NCBI GenBank assembly: GCA_902802905.1
Contig: CADCNT010000002.1
Location: forward strand, 79,879-143,878
DNA: 64,000 nucleotides
Direction: 5' to 3'
Source: an uncultured Erysipelotrichaceae bacterium
Lineage (GTDB): Bacteria; Bacillota_I; Bacilli_A; RFN20; CAG-826
Part shown: positions 1-9,292 of the stretch, one piece after another
How the letters are laid out: the number at the start of each line of letters is the position of its first letter
Position numbering within the stretch: the first letter of the stretch is position 1
Position numbers and translations under genes: made by a program
The notes under the pieces: model-generated
What the model was told of the DNA's origin: nothing
Database searches by the model: none
What the model saw: the letters and a program-made list of their open reading frames with translations, nothing else

Positions 1-1278
1 GTCAAATTCGCTGAAATTATCAAAGCCGTAGCCATTTGATCTATCCACATTATATGTGTCATAGTTAATGACTGAGTCTTTTAGACCGCCCGTTCTTCTA
101 ACGATTGGTAATGTACCATATCGTTGAGCAATCATTTGTCCTAAGCCACATGGTTCAAATAAAGATGGCATCATGAAGAAATCACTACCAGCGTAGATTA
201 AATGAGCAAGCTCATTGTTATAACCAATATAGATACCAACATGCTCTGGATAATCTCTTCTTAATTGTTCCATTTCTTGCTCGAGTTGATATTCTCCACT
301 ACCAAGCAAGATAATATTTGCTCCACGGTCTAATAAGCTCCTAGCAGCCGCAAACACAAGCGACATACCTTTTTGCCAAGTAACTCTAGAGACCAAGGAA
401 TATAAAGGTAAATCTTCATTTTGCAAACCAAAATGTCCTAAGATTGCTTTCTTATTCTCTTTTTTACCGCTTACAAAGTTATTAGCGTTAAAGTTTTTAG
501 CAATTAATGTATCGGTTTCTGGGTTGAATTCGTTATAGTCGATGCCGTTAAGAATACCGCAGAAATCCCATTCACGGTAAATGAGGATGTTATTTAAGCC
601 CATACTTCCTTCTGGGGTTAACAATTCATTTCTATGATTTGGAGAAACAGTAGTCACTTTGTTAGCGTAGACAATACCTGCTTTCAAAGTAGAAACTTTG
701 TCCATGAAACGAAGTGTGCCGTTATCGTAAAGATATTCAGGTAAGGCAAATAAATCACCTAACGCTGATCTATCTAACATACCTTGGAAGGCAGGATTAT
801 GAATTGACATCACAAATTTAGTGTTGTCATAGAAATGTAAATGTTTCTCCCTGATATAACAGAACACCATTCCTGGTTGCCAGTCATGAGCGTGAATGAT
901 ATCAGGTTTAAAATTAAATGCTTCAAGTACACGAGTGAAAGCGATGCAATAATAGGCAAATCTTTCTCCATCATCGTCATAGCCATAAATGGCTTCTCGC
1001 TCAAAATAGTGACGATTTTCAATAAAGAAATATTTAATGCCATCTCTTTCTAGAGAATAGATGTTCGCTCCTTCATTTCTCCACGACATTTCAATGTTCA
1101 TATAGCATTCATAATGAAGTGGTAAGCCTTTGGCTTTGATTTGATTATATAAAGGAAGAACAATGACGACTTCCTCGCCTAAATTGACGAGTTCTTTACT
1201 TAAAGCGTAAGTGACATCCGCTAGTCCACCAGTTTTCACAAAAGGATTAGCTTCTGAACACGCCATTGCGATTTTCAT
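1..1278 (-). CDS. glgA: Glycogen synthase GlgA, N-terminal ~425 codons; 3' end lies beyond the window start
   Basis: My translation from ATG 1278-1276 gives MKIAMACSEANPFVKTGGLADVTYAL, which contains the KTGGLADV signature. The frame is still open at position 1 (...NGYGFDNFSEFD). TAATG overlap with the glgD stop, and glgC-glgD-glgA order. Confidence 0.85.
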   Translation of the reverse strand, partial: MKIAMACSEANPFVKTGGLADVTYALSKELVNLGEEVVIVLPLYNQIKAKGLPLHYECYMNIEMSWRNEGANIYSLERDGIKYFFIENRHYFEREAIYGYDDDGERFAYYCIAFTRVLEAFNFKPDIIHAHDWQPGMVFCYIREKHLHFYDNTKFVMSIHNPAFQGMLDRSALGDLFALPEYLYDNGTLRFMDKVSTLKAGIVYANKVTTVSPNHRNELLTPEGSMGLNNILIYREWDFCGILNGIDYNEFNPETDTLIAKNFNANNFVSGKKENKKAILGHFGLQNEDLPLYSLVSRVTWQKGMSLVFAAARSLLDRGANIILLGSGEYQLEQEMEQLRRDYPEHVGIYIGYNNELAHLIYAGSDFFMMPSLFEPCGLGQMIAQRYGTLPIVRRTGGLKDSVINYDTYNVDRSNGYGFDNFSEFD

Positions 1279-2390
1279 TAGATTTTTGCTCCTTGTTTAA
1301 TCACGATGATGTTGTCTGGATCGCCTTGAAGTTTCTTCACTTCTTTGAAGACAACATTCTTATCTGATAAGACATATTCAAGCTTCACATCTTTAGCGAC
1401 TTGAGTTTGTGTAAAGATAATGCAGTTTTTAAGTTCAGCACCCTTTTCCACTACAACATCACGGGAAATGATACAGTTATGCACTTTTCCTTTAATGATA
1501 GCTCCATTAGCGACGAAGCTATTTTTCACATCCGCATCTTTGCCGTATAAGGCTGGTGGGGTGTTATGTGTAGTTGTATAAATTGGCCATTCTTTAAACA
1601 TTAATAAGCTACGAACATGATAATTAAGTAAATTCAAGGAATGCTCAACATAATTCTTAAGATTAAGAATTGGAACGACATAGCCTTCAAATTCATAGCC
1701 TTGAACACTTAAAGCATTCTCTTCGACATAGTAATTAATCATGTCATTGATGGAGAATAATTCACTGACCTTAACTGAATCAGAGACGATTTTCTTTAAA
1801 ATCTTTTTAGAAACGATAAATGTATCTAAAGATATATCAGCTTCTTTGACTCGGCCAAGATTCTTGCTGGTCTTGGTGATTTTGCCGTCTTTTACAACGA
1901 ATTTATCAGCGCGGAAATAATCAGTATCTGCATTATCCACATGCTTATAAACACATGTGACATCTGCGCCACTTTTGACATGTTTTTCAATAATTGGTCT
2001 AAAGTCCATACTACTTAAGTAGTAGCTTGGAGCAATGACGGCATAATCAAAATCAGCCTCATCAAGTGGGATGTTACGTTGAATATTATTGATATCAGTA
2101 TTGAAGGAAGGATATCTTAATCCTTTTTCATTGATTAAGAGTTCGATAAAACCAAGTTTAGTATTGTTGGTCCAAATAGAACCACTACCAACATGACGTT
2201 TAATGGCAACGATGCCATTTTTAATTAAGACATACACTCTATCGATATGTGAGTTAGAGAAATTTGATAAAGTGAAGTCGATTAAACCATATCTCCCTAA
2301 GAAGGTCACAGCACCTAAAGGACGTTTAGCGGTGAGTTCGCCTAATGATGGTTCGTTGTGTAAATCACAAATTCCAATAATTCTTCTCAT
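1278..2390 (-). CDS. glgD: Glucose-1-phosphate adenylyltransferase regulatory subunit GlgD
   Basis: 370-aa ORF. The N-terminus GELTAKRPLGAVTFLGRYGLIDFTLSNFSNS resembles GlgC but lacks the GGxGxRL loop. It lies between glgC and glgA, as in Firmicutes glg operons. Confidence 0.8.
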   Translation of the reverse strand: MRRIIGICDLHNEPSLGELTAKRPLGAVTFLGRYGLIDFTLSNFSNSHIDRVYVLIKNGIVAIKRHVGSGSIWTNNTKLGFIELLINEKGLRYPSFNTDINNIQRNIPLDEADFDYAVIAPSYYLSSMDFRPIIEKHVKSGADVTCVYKHVDNADTDYFRADKFVVKDGKITKTSKNLGRVKEADISLDTFIVSKKILKKIVSDSVKVSELFSINDMINYYVEENALSVQGYEFEGYVVPILNLKNYVEHSLNLLNYHVRSLLMFKEWPIYTTTHNTPPALYGKDADVKNSFVANGAIIKGKVHNCIISRDVVVEKGAELKNCIIFTQTQVAKDVKLEYVLSDKNVVFKEVKKLQGDPDNIIVIKQGAKI

Positions 2391-2402
2391 CTTCTATTCC
2401 TC

Positions 2403-3524
2403 CTAGGCAATTAAGACTACATCATCGCTACCGACATTGATAACAGCATCACCTTCAACAGTGACACCTGGAGCGATAATAGCGTTATGGATTCTCGCAC
2501 CTTTTTTGATGGTGGCGTTTTCCATGACAACGCATCTTGTAAGTTTGCTTGTTGATTCAATAATGGCACCTGTAGAAATAACACAGGAATCAACATCGCC
2601 TAAAATGATGGCGCCTTGATTAGCGATACTTCTAGTAATTCTGCCGTTTTTGCCAACGTATTGAGGAACACTATAAATGTCTTCGGTGTAGATTCTATTT
2701 GTTGGATCTTCATCATAGAGATTGAGTTCCATCTTATCTAAAGCGATATCCATATTGGCTTCATGTAATGAAGCAAGGGTACCAACATCTCTCCAATAGC
2801 CTTTAAATCTATATGCTTGAAGTTTGCATTTATCTTTAAGCATGTTTGGAATGATGTTTTTACCAAAGTCGTGATCGCTATTAGGATCTTTATCATCTTT
2901 CTTAAGATATTTGCGTAAGGTCTTCCATGTAAAAACATAAACACCCATTGAAGCCAAATTGCTTTTTGGCACTTTTGGTTTTTCTTGGAATTCGACGATG
3001 CGGTCTTTATTATCAACCGCCATAATGCCGAATCTAGAAGCTTCTTTTAGATCAACTTCAATAACAGAAATGGTGACATCAGCTTTGCTGTCTTCGTGTA
3101 ATTTAATCATTTCAGCATAACTGGTCTTATAAATATGGTCGCCAGAGAGGATGACAACATATTCAGGATCGGCATTATCCAAGAAATCAATGTTTTGGGT
3201 AATAGCATCAGCGGTACCTTTATACCAATTAGCCCCTTCTTCTGTTTGTCTAGGAGCAAGGGTAGACATTAAACAGTGAACTCCGTTTAAACCCCATTTT
3301 TCTCCGTTTCCAATATAGGAATCAAGTAATGTGGACTCATATTGAGTGAGAACTCCAACAACGTTGATGCCACTATTAGCACAGTTAGAAAGTGGGAAAT
3401 CGATAATACGGTATTTAGCCGCGAATGAGACTGCAGGTTTAGCAGTCTTTTTTGTTAATGATTCAAGTCTAGTGCCTTTTCCACCAGCGAGAATCATTGC
3501 CACTACTTTGTTTTTATTAAGCAT
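2403..3524 (-). CDS. glgC: Glucose-1-phosphate adenylyltransferase GlgC
   Basis: MLNKNKVVAMILAGGKGTRL (GGxGxRL loop) with a beta-helix-like C-terminus. GGAG sits 8 nt upstream of ATG 3524, so the track start at 3551 was judged too long. Confidence 0.9.
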   Translation of the reverse strand: MLNKNKVVAMILAGGKGTRLESLTKKTAKPAVSFAAKYRIIDFPLSNCANSGINVVGVLTQYESTLLDSYIGNGEKWGLNGVHCLMSTLAPRQTEEGANWYKGTADAITQNIDFLDNADPEYVVILSGDHIYKTSYAEMIKLHEDSKADVTISVIEVDLKEASRFGIMAVDNKDRIVEFQEKPKVPKSNLASMGVYVFTWKTLRKYLKKDDKDPNSDHDFGKNIIPNMLKDKCKLQAYRFKGYWRDVGTLASLHEANMDIALDKMELNLYDEDPTNRIYTEDIYSVPQYVGKNGRITRSIANQGAIILGDVDSCVISTGAIIESTSKLTRCVVMENATIKKGARIHNAIIAPGVTVEGDAVINVGSDDVVLIA

Positions 3525-3660
3525 GGTTTTTTCTCCTTCTGATAACATCATACTCTAATAATTAATAAATAAATATAAATTTATTTTCTTTAAAAAATAT
3601 GATGTCATCTATTTTTATACGTGTTTAATTGGGCAAGTAGGTTATATTTGAGCATTGTTC

Positions 3661-3689
3661 TTGTTAATCTATCACTAAAGACATATAAT
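3661..3689 (+). promoter_or_regulatory. Sigma-A-type promoter (TTGTTA-17 nt-TATAAT) placing the transcription start at or next to ATG 3696 (possible leaderless mRNA)
   Basis: TTGTTA at 3661-3666, an exact 17-nt spacer, TATAAT at 3684-3689, then ATG 7 nt downstream. There is no Shine-Dalgarno between them. Confidence 0.4.
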
Positions 3690-3695
3690 ACTCGC

Positions 3696-4175
3696 ATGAA
3701 ATTAAGAGTGGCTCCCTGGAGAATTGTGTGGCGATTCCTTGTCGTCTTTTTAGTAATCACTATCATCTTGTTTTTAAGCACATCTGCCGTCTATTTTGAT
3801 ATTGATCTTGAAACTTGGACTTGGACTCCAAAACCATGGGAATTCACCCAAGTTTTCATCATTATTGTTTTAGGAGTTGTCTTTGTTACTTTCCTAGTTA
3901 TGTCTTTGCTTTTTTATTATTATAAAATTGAAGACAAATACTTTATTATGAAGCGCTTTGGCAAAGAGTACCAATTCGAATATAAAAACATCGAATTTAT
4001 CGATATTGAAAAGAGCAAGAAAAAAGGACAAGTTATCTTTTATTCCAAGACCGCTAAGATGCGATATATGCTTGGAGATAAGGATGGAATTTTACTGGAA
4101 ACACTTATTAAAAAGTGTCCAGAAACTATGAGTGTAGAAGAATTTAGAAGACGCCATCCAGAGGAAAGATATTAG
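3696..4175 (+). CDS. Hypothetical membrane protein (two TM helices plus a soluble C-terminal domain)
   Basis: ORF track 3621..4175, with an internal ATG at 3696 preferred. Hydrophobic segments VVFLVITIILFLSTSAVYF and FIIIVLGVVFVTFLVMSLLFYYY. No family recognised. Confidence 0.5.
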   Translation: MKLRVAPWRIVWRFLVVFLVITIILFLSTSAVYFDIDLETWTWTPKPWEFTQVFIIIVLGVVFVTFLVMSLLFYYYKIEDKYFIMKRFGKEYQFEYKNIEFIDIEKSKKKGQVIFYSKTAKMRYMLGDKDGILLETLIKKCPETMSVEEFRRRHPEERY

Positions 4176-4259
4176 TTATTTGTTATTTTTTACAAATAAG
4201 TATTGAAATAAAGACGCAAATTGTGATAGAGTTTTCCAGACGCTTAAGGAGGTGTTGAT

Positions 4260-4448
4260 ATGTCAAGAGTATGTCCAGTTACAGGTAAAGGTCCAGTCAG
4301 TGGAAACAGACGTTCCCATTCTTTAAGAGCAACTCGTAGAAGATGGAACACTAATTTACAAGTTCGTAAAGTTATGGTTGACGGCAAAGAAGTTAAGGTT
4401 CGTATGTCTACTCGTGCTTATAGAACCCTCAACAAAGCCGAAAAATAA
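4260..4448 (+). CDS. rpmB: 50S ribosomal protein bL28
   Basis: MSRVCPVTGKGPVSGNRRSHSLRATRRRWNTNLQ is the typical L28 N-terminus. AAGGAGG RBS upstream. Confidence 0.95.
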   Translation: MSRVCPVTGKGPVSGNRRSHSLRATRRRWNTNLQVRKVMVDGKEVKVRMSTRAYRTLNKAEK

Positions 4449-4464
4449 TTATCATCTTGATGAT

Positions 4465-4493
4465 AAAAAAAGTGACCTGGCGGTCATTTTTTT
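4465..4493. terminator. Bidirectional intrinsic terminator between convergent rpmB and the membrane-protein gene
   Basis: A7-gTGACC-tggc-GGTCA-T7: a short GC-containing stem flanked by an A-run and a T-run. Confidence 0.55.
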
Positions 4494-4494
4494 A

Positions 4495-5136
4495 TTACAT
4501 TGAGATTATTAATATTGGCACAATAGCCGCAATTGATAAGGGATAAAGCATCCATTCTGAGAACGCTAGCAAGATGAATCTTTTTCGTTCAACTTCACCT
4601 TGTTCGTTCTTTTTGTTTTTAAGATCAAATAGCTTCGGATTAAGTAAATTAATAAGTACGATGAGCGCTAAAGAAAAGGCCACTATCATCGCAATTAATT
4701 GATTAGTGTCTAAGTATAATCGATATAAAGTAACACAGTAATATCCTTCCATTGCTAGAAGAATAAATAAAGCAAGCATGCCTCCTAAAGAAAGATAGAA
4801 ATGCTCTCTTAATTTATTTAAAGGAATAAAAGGAATTGTGCATAAACAAAACGCCATGATCACAGAAATAATCATGATGGTCATTGAGAAAGTATGCACA
4901 TGATAGAAAAGATAATAAACATAAGGAGTAATAGATATTAAAACTCCAAATATTAATAAATAATTAAGATAAGCGTTCTTCTCTTTAAAAGAAGGGCTAA
5001 CTTCAAAAATAAAAGTATTAAAGATTCTTAGATTCTTCTTCTCAATAGATTTATAAATAATAGAAAGCGCTAAAAAGAAGAATCCTTCAAATAAAATAGA
5101 TATCACTAAAGCAACAAAAAATAATTTGCTATTCAT
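4495..5136 (-). CDS. Hypothetical polytopic membrane protein
   Basis: ORF track 4495..5184. ATG 5136 is preferred because it lies 1 nt after the rpe stop. About 6 hydrophobic segments. No family recognised. Confidence 0.55.
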   Translation of the reverse strand: MNSKLFFVALVISILFEGFFFLALSIIYKSIEKKNLRIFNTFIFEVSPSFKEKNAYLNYLLIFGVLISITPYVYYLFYHVHTFSMTIMIISVIMAFCLCTIPFIPLNKLREHFYLSLGGMLALFILLAMEGYYCVTLYRLYLDTNQLIAMIVAFSLALIVLINLLNPKLFDLKNKKNEQGEVERKRFILLAFSEWMLYPLSIAAIVPILIISM

Positions 5137-5137
5137 C

Positions 5138-5800
5138 TTAAGCTTTGAGCTTTTCAATTCTTTCTTTGATGTCATCATGACCAAAGATATAAGATCCAGC
5201 CACTAAAACATCGACACCAGCAAGCTTAGCCACTTGCGCGGTTTCATCATTGATTCCACCATCAATTTCGATTAAGACTTTATCAATCTTATTGGTTTCC
5301 ATATAGTTTTTTAAACGGATGATTTTTGAACAAGATTCAGGCATGAATTTTTGTCCGCCAAATCCTGGTTCAACAGACATCACTAAAATCATATCCACTG
5401 AATATAAGAATGGATAAACCTTTTCAATTGGGGTGTTAGGCTTAACGGATAAGCCAGCTTTCGCACCACATTCATGGATTAAATCAATAACTTTAAACAC
5501 TTCAGAATCACTCTTGCATGCTTCGTAATGGAAGGTTAAATAATCTGCTCCGGCTTTAATGAACTCAGGAGCGTACTTATATGGGTCAGAAATCATGATG
5601 TGGACATCATTTATTAGCTTATGAGTATGAGCAATACTTTTTAGAACTGGTTGGCCAAAAGAAATATTTGGCACAAAATGTCCATCCATCACATCAAAAT
5701 GTAGCCACTCTGCTCCACCATCTTCAATCTTTTTAATATCTTCTCCTAAGTGTGAAAAATCAGCGCTTAAGATACTTGGAGCCACGATAATCTTTCTCAT
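5138..5800 (-). CDS. rpe: Ribulose-phosphate 3-epimerase
   Basis: 220 aa. APSILSADFSHLGEDI, FDVMDGHFVPN and EPGFGGQKF are Rpe signatures. Conserved position downstream of rsgA. Confidence 0.9.
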   Translation of the reverse strand: MRKIIVAPSILSADFSHLGEDIKKIEDGGAEWLHFDVMDGHFVPNISFGQPVLKSIAHTHKLINDVHIMISDPYKYAPEFIKAGADYLTFHYEACKSDSEVFKVIDLIHECGAKAGLSVKPNTPIEKVYPFLYSVDMILVMSVEPGFGGQKFMPESCSKIIRLKNYMETNKIDKVLIEIDGGINDETAQVAKLAGVDVLVAGSYIFGHDDIKERIEKLKA

Positions 5801-5801
5801 G

Positions 5802-6641
5802 TTATTCTCCCTCCTGAAGTAGTTTTATATAGTTTTCATAGGCAATAGAAGGAATAATTCCTTCTTTTACCGCCTCTAATATTTTACAATCTTTTTCTTT
5901 TTGATGTAGGCAATTTGAATAGAAGCAAGATAAATATTTTTCTTCAAATCCTGGGAAATAATGGGCTATTTCTAACTTACTTAGATTTAAATCCAAAGAA
6001 GAGAAACCAGGAGTGTCGGCGATAAATCCATCGGCGAAAGGTAGCAATGCCACTTCTTTTGTTTTGTGTTTGCCTCTTCCAAGGGCTTCTGAATATTCTC
6101 CTACATCTCTTTCATAGTTATCGTCAATCGCATTAAGAAGCGAAGACTTACCAACACCAGATTGTCCCACTAAAACTGACTTTTTATTCTTTAGTAAGTC
6201 TCTAATTTCTTGGATACCTTCTTTAGTTTTAGAACTGCAAATAAATACAGGTACATTTAATTTATTAAATGTCTTTTTGATATCCACTATTTCTTGTTCG
6301 TCAACTTTATCACTTTTAGAAAGAACAATAACCGCAGGAACTTCGTTATAATTAGCGTAAGTAAGATATTTGAATGCTAAGAAATATGAGAAGTCTGGTT
6401 CTTTTAAAGAGAAGACCAAAACTATTTGATCGACATTACTAATAGGTGGTCTTTTTAAAAGTGACTTTCTTTCTAAGACTTTTTCAATTATGTAATTGCT
6501 TTCACTAAGCATTACTTCATCGCCGACATAGGTTCGGTCTTTAATTTTTAAAGTGCCTCTAATGGATGCATTATAAATGATTCCGTCCGCTAAAACGGAA
6601 TAGACACCATATTTTTTCAAAATAATCGTTCCTTGTATCAT
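5802..6641 (-). CDS. rsgA: Ribosome small-subunit biogenesis GTPase RsgA (CpgA)
   Basis: Circularly permuted GTPase: LSKSD precedes the P-loop GQSGVGKSSLLN. C-terminal Cys/His cluster CFYSNCLHQKEKDC. Confidence 0.9.
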   Translation of the reverse strand: MIQGTIILKKYGVYSVLADGIIYNASIRGTLKIKDRTYVGDEVMLSESNYIIEKVLERKSLLKRPPISNVDQIVLVFSLKEPDFSYFLAFKYLTYANYNEVPAVIVLSKSDKVDEQEIVDIKKTFNKLNVPVFICSSKTKEGIQEIRDLLKNKKSVLVGQSGVGKSSLLNAIDDNYERDVGEYSEALGRGKHKTKEVALLPFADGFIADTPGFSSLDLNLSKLEIAHYFPGFEEKYLSCFYSNCLHQKEKDCKILEAVKEGIIPSIAYENYIKLLQEGE

Positions 6642-7501
6642 TTAAATATCCTTCTAAATGCGCGGTCTTTTTTTAGCTTTTCTTTATGTTGAATTTTCTT
6701 TAAATCAGAAATGAATTCTTTATCAGCTTTATAACGAAGTGAAGTATTGCGTGTAACCGCTTTATTGATTACATAATTCAAATCATTGATATCCAAAGAA
6801 GAAGAGAATAAATCTAGACGCACTACACCCGCATTAGCGTGAGCTCTAATAATCTCTTCGGAGTTAGTGCCTTGAAAAGGCAAATCTCCAGTTAATAACT
6901 CATAAAAGATAATTCCTAAGGAATAGATATCAGATTGTACTGAATATTTTTTATTAGTTATTACTTCTGGGGCAAGATATTTAACAGTGCCGAAGATTTG
7001 TTTTTCGTTCCTGTTAGATAAATGAGTGGCAGCCCCAAAATCAACGATTTTGATCGTTCCATCAGCAATAAGATATAAGTTCTCTGGCTTTAAATCATTA
7101 TGGAGTACTCCATGTTTATGAATCTCATCACTACCAGAAAGGATTTGAAACATATAGTCAAAAGCTTCATCAATAGATAGCTTGCCTCTATTGTCTAAAA
7201 CTTCTTTTAAAGTTTTTCCTTTTAAAAGTTCATAGCTAACATATGGTCTAAGCTCATATTCACCAACGTTATAGATTCTCATGATGTTAGGATGATTAAA
7301 AATCGATGTATATCTCGCTTCATTTTTAAACTGTTCAACGGCGTCAAAATTTTCTAAATATTTATCTTTGATAAATTTTAAAGCAACAGGCTTATTTAAA
7401 ATAACATCTTTAGCCTCGTAAATTTCCGCCATACCACCACTGGCTAAATATTTAGAGATGATATATCGAGAATCAAATAATGCGTTTAATGGTAAAGGCA
7501 T
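6638..7501 (-). CDS. prkC: Ser/Thr protein kinase, catalytic domain only (no TM or PASTA region)
   Basis: Hanks motifs GGMAEIYEA...ALKF, HNDLKPEN, DFG and APE. 287 aa. Operon position between prpC and rsgA. Confidence 0.85.
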   Translation of the reverse strand: MPLPLNALFDSRYIISKYLASGGMAEIYEAKDVILNKPVALKFIKDKYLENFDAVEQFKNEARYTSIFNHPNIMRIYNVGEYELRPYVSYELLKGKTLKEVLDNRGKLSIDEAFDYMFQILSGSDEIHKHGVLHNDLKPENLYLIADGTIKIVDFGAATHLSNRNEKQIFGTVKYLAPEVITNKKYSVQSDIYSLGIIFYELLTGDLPFQGTNSEEIIRAHANAGVVRLDLFSSSLDINDLNYVINKAVTRNTSLRYKADKEFISDLKKIQHKEKLKKDRAFRRIFK

Positions 7502-8253
7502 TAATTGTCACTCTCCCAAATAATTAAAGCCATGTTATCAGTACCACCGTTGGCGTTACCAAAAGCGATGAGCTGTGCACACTTTTTATCCAAAGAATCA
7601 TTGCCTTTAACAATTGATGTCATATCTTTTAAAGGAACATTGTTATATAAGCCATCAGTACAGAGCAAAACTCTTTCTTTGTTATATTGGTATTCTTGAA
7701 TATCAACGTTAAGAATTGCTTTTGTTCCCACAGCATTAGTGAGCTTATGTCTATCTGGATGGATATTAGCTACGCTTGGTTCCACTTTCTTAGTGTTAAT
7801 TAAATAATTAACGTAAGTTTGATCAACACTGATTTGTTCTAAATTCTTATCTTTTAATAGATAAATACGGCTATCACCAACTTGAGCGGTATATAAAGCA
7901 TCTTTAATAATCAAACACATGGATAAGGTTGTACCCATGCCTTTATATTCTTCATCTTTTTGTGCTTTTTGATAAATCTTGTCATTAGCAGCTTTAATAG
8001 TTTTATAAATCCACTTTTTAACGGCACCATCTTTTTTAAATTCCTTATCTAAAGATAAGAAAGAATTGATAATCGTTTTGACTAAAGTGGCTGAAGCATA
8101 TTCGCCTTTGTTTTCTCCACCCATCCCATCGGCAACCACTAAAAGGACGTTGCCATATGGATTAATAGCGGCATCGACACAATCTTCATTTACTTTTCTT
8201 ACTTTGCCTTTATCACTTAAGCAGAAATAATTGCCTGATAAATATTGGCTCAT
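7501..8253 (-). CDS. prpC: PP2C-family Ser/Thr phosphatase
   Basis: GKVRKVNEDC, VADGMGG, CTDGL and GGTDNM motifs. ATG 8253 is preferred over the TTG at 8265. Confidence 0.85.
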   Translation of the reverse strand: MSQYLSGNYFCLSDKGKVRKVNEDCVDAAINPYGNVLLVVADGMGGENKGEYASATLVKTIINSFLSLDKEFKKDGAVKKWIYKTIKAANDKIYQKAQKDEEYKGMGTTLSMCLIIKDALYTAQVGDSRIYLLKDKNLEQISVDQTYVNYLINTKKVEPSVANIHPDRHKLTNAVGTKAILNVDIQEYQYNKERVLLCTDGLYNNVPLKDMTSIVKGNDSLDKKCAQLIAFGNANGGTDNMALIIWESDN

Positions 8254-8254
8254 A

Positions 8255-9292
8255 TTAGTCACCAACTTTCGCTTTTAATTGACCGCACGCAGCATCAATG
8301 TCACTGCCAAATTCTTTTCTGATGGTGGCTTTTACTCCACCTTTCATGAGGATGTCTAAGAATGCGTGGACACGATTACCACTGCTGCGTTTATAGTCAT
8401 TTTTATTCGTTTCGTTATATGGAATTAAATTTACATAGCCATTTGTGCCTTTAATTAAACTGATTAATTCTTGGGCACACTCTTTTGTGTCGTTAATTCC
8501 TTCTAAAAGAAGATATTCATAAGTTACTCTTCTACCCGCAAGAGATTCATATTCTTTAATGGCAGGCAATAAAACTTCAAGAGGATAAACTTTGTTTATC
8601 TTCATTAATTTATTTCTTAATTCGTTATTTGGAGCGTGTAAAGAAATGGCTAAGTTAGTTTGTAAGCCCTCATTAGCGTATTGTCTAATTCTATCTGGTA
8701 AGCCACAAGTGGACACAGTGATGTGTCTAGCTCCAATCGCTAAACCTTTTTGCGCGTTAACGATGCGGATAAAATCCATCACGTTTTCATAGTTATCAAA
8801 AGGTTCTCCTGTCCCCATGACAACAATATGGGACACTCTTTCGCCTTTGCCTTCTTCTTTTAGAAGATTATTCATCACCATGATTTGCCCCACCATTTCA
8901 TGTGGCATGAGATTTCTTTGCTTTCCTAAAATACCACTAGAGCAGAATGAGCAGCCCATGTTACAGCCAACTTGGCTTGAAACACATACAGCGTTTCCAT
9001 AGTTATAACGCATTAAAACAGTTTCTACTTTGTAGCCATCTTCAAGTTCCAAAAGAAGTTTAATGGTGCCATCACTTGAAACTTGTTTAGTGTGAATTTT
9101 TGGTATTTTTAGTTCAAAGTCGCGATTTAAAACATCTCTAAAAGACTTGGAAATATCACTCATTTCATCAAATGAGGTTGCTCTTTTTTCATAGATCCAA
9201 GTATAGAGTTGAATAGCCCTATAAGGCTTTTGCTGATAAGTTTCTAATAATTTTTGGAGTTTTTTCAACTCCATGCCATAAAGATTAGTCAC
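8255..9292 (-). CDS. rlmN: 23S rRNA/tRNA A2503 C2-methyltransferase RlmN (radical SAM)
   Basis: CNMGCSFCSSG radical-SAM cluster motif, 345 aa, conserved C-terminal GSDIDAACGQL. Confidence 0.9.
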   Translation of the reverse strand: MTNLYGMELKKLQKLLETYQQKPYRAIQLYTWIYEKRATSFDEMSDISKSFRDVLNRDFELKIPKIHTKQVSSDGTIKLLLELEDGYKVETVLMRYNYGNAVCVSSQVGCNMGCSFCSSGILGKQRNLMPHEMVGQIMVMNNLLKEEGKGERVSHIVVMGTGEPFDNYENVMDFIRIVNAQKGLAIGARHITVSTCGLPDRIRQYANEGLQTNLAISLHAPNNELRNKLMKINKVYPLEVLLPAIKEYESLAGRRVTYEYLLLEGINDTKECAQELISLIKGTNGYVNLIPYNETNKNDYKRSSGNRVHAFLDILMKGGVKATIRKEFGSDIDAACGQLKAKVGD

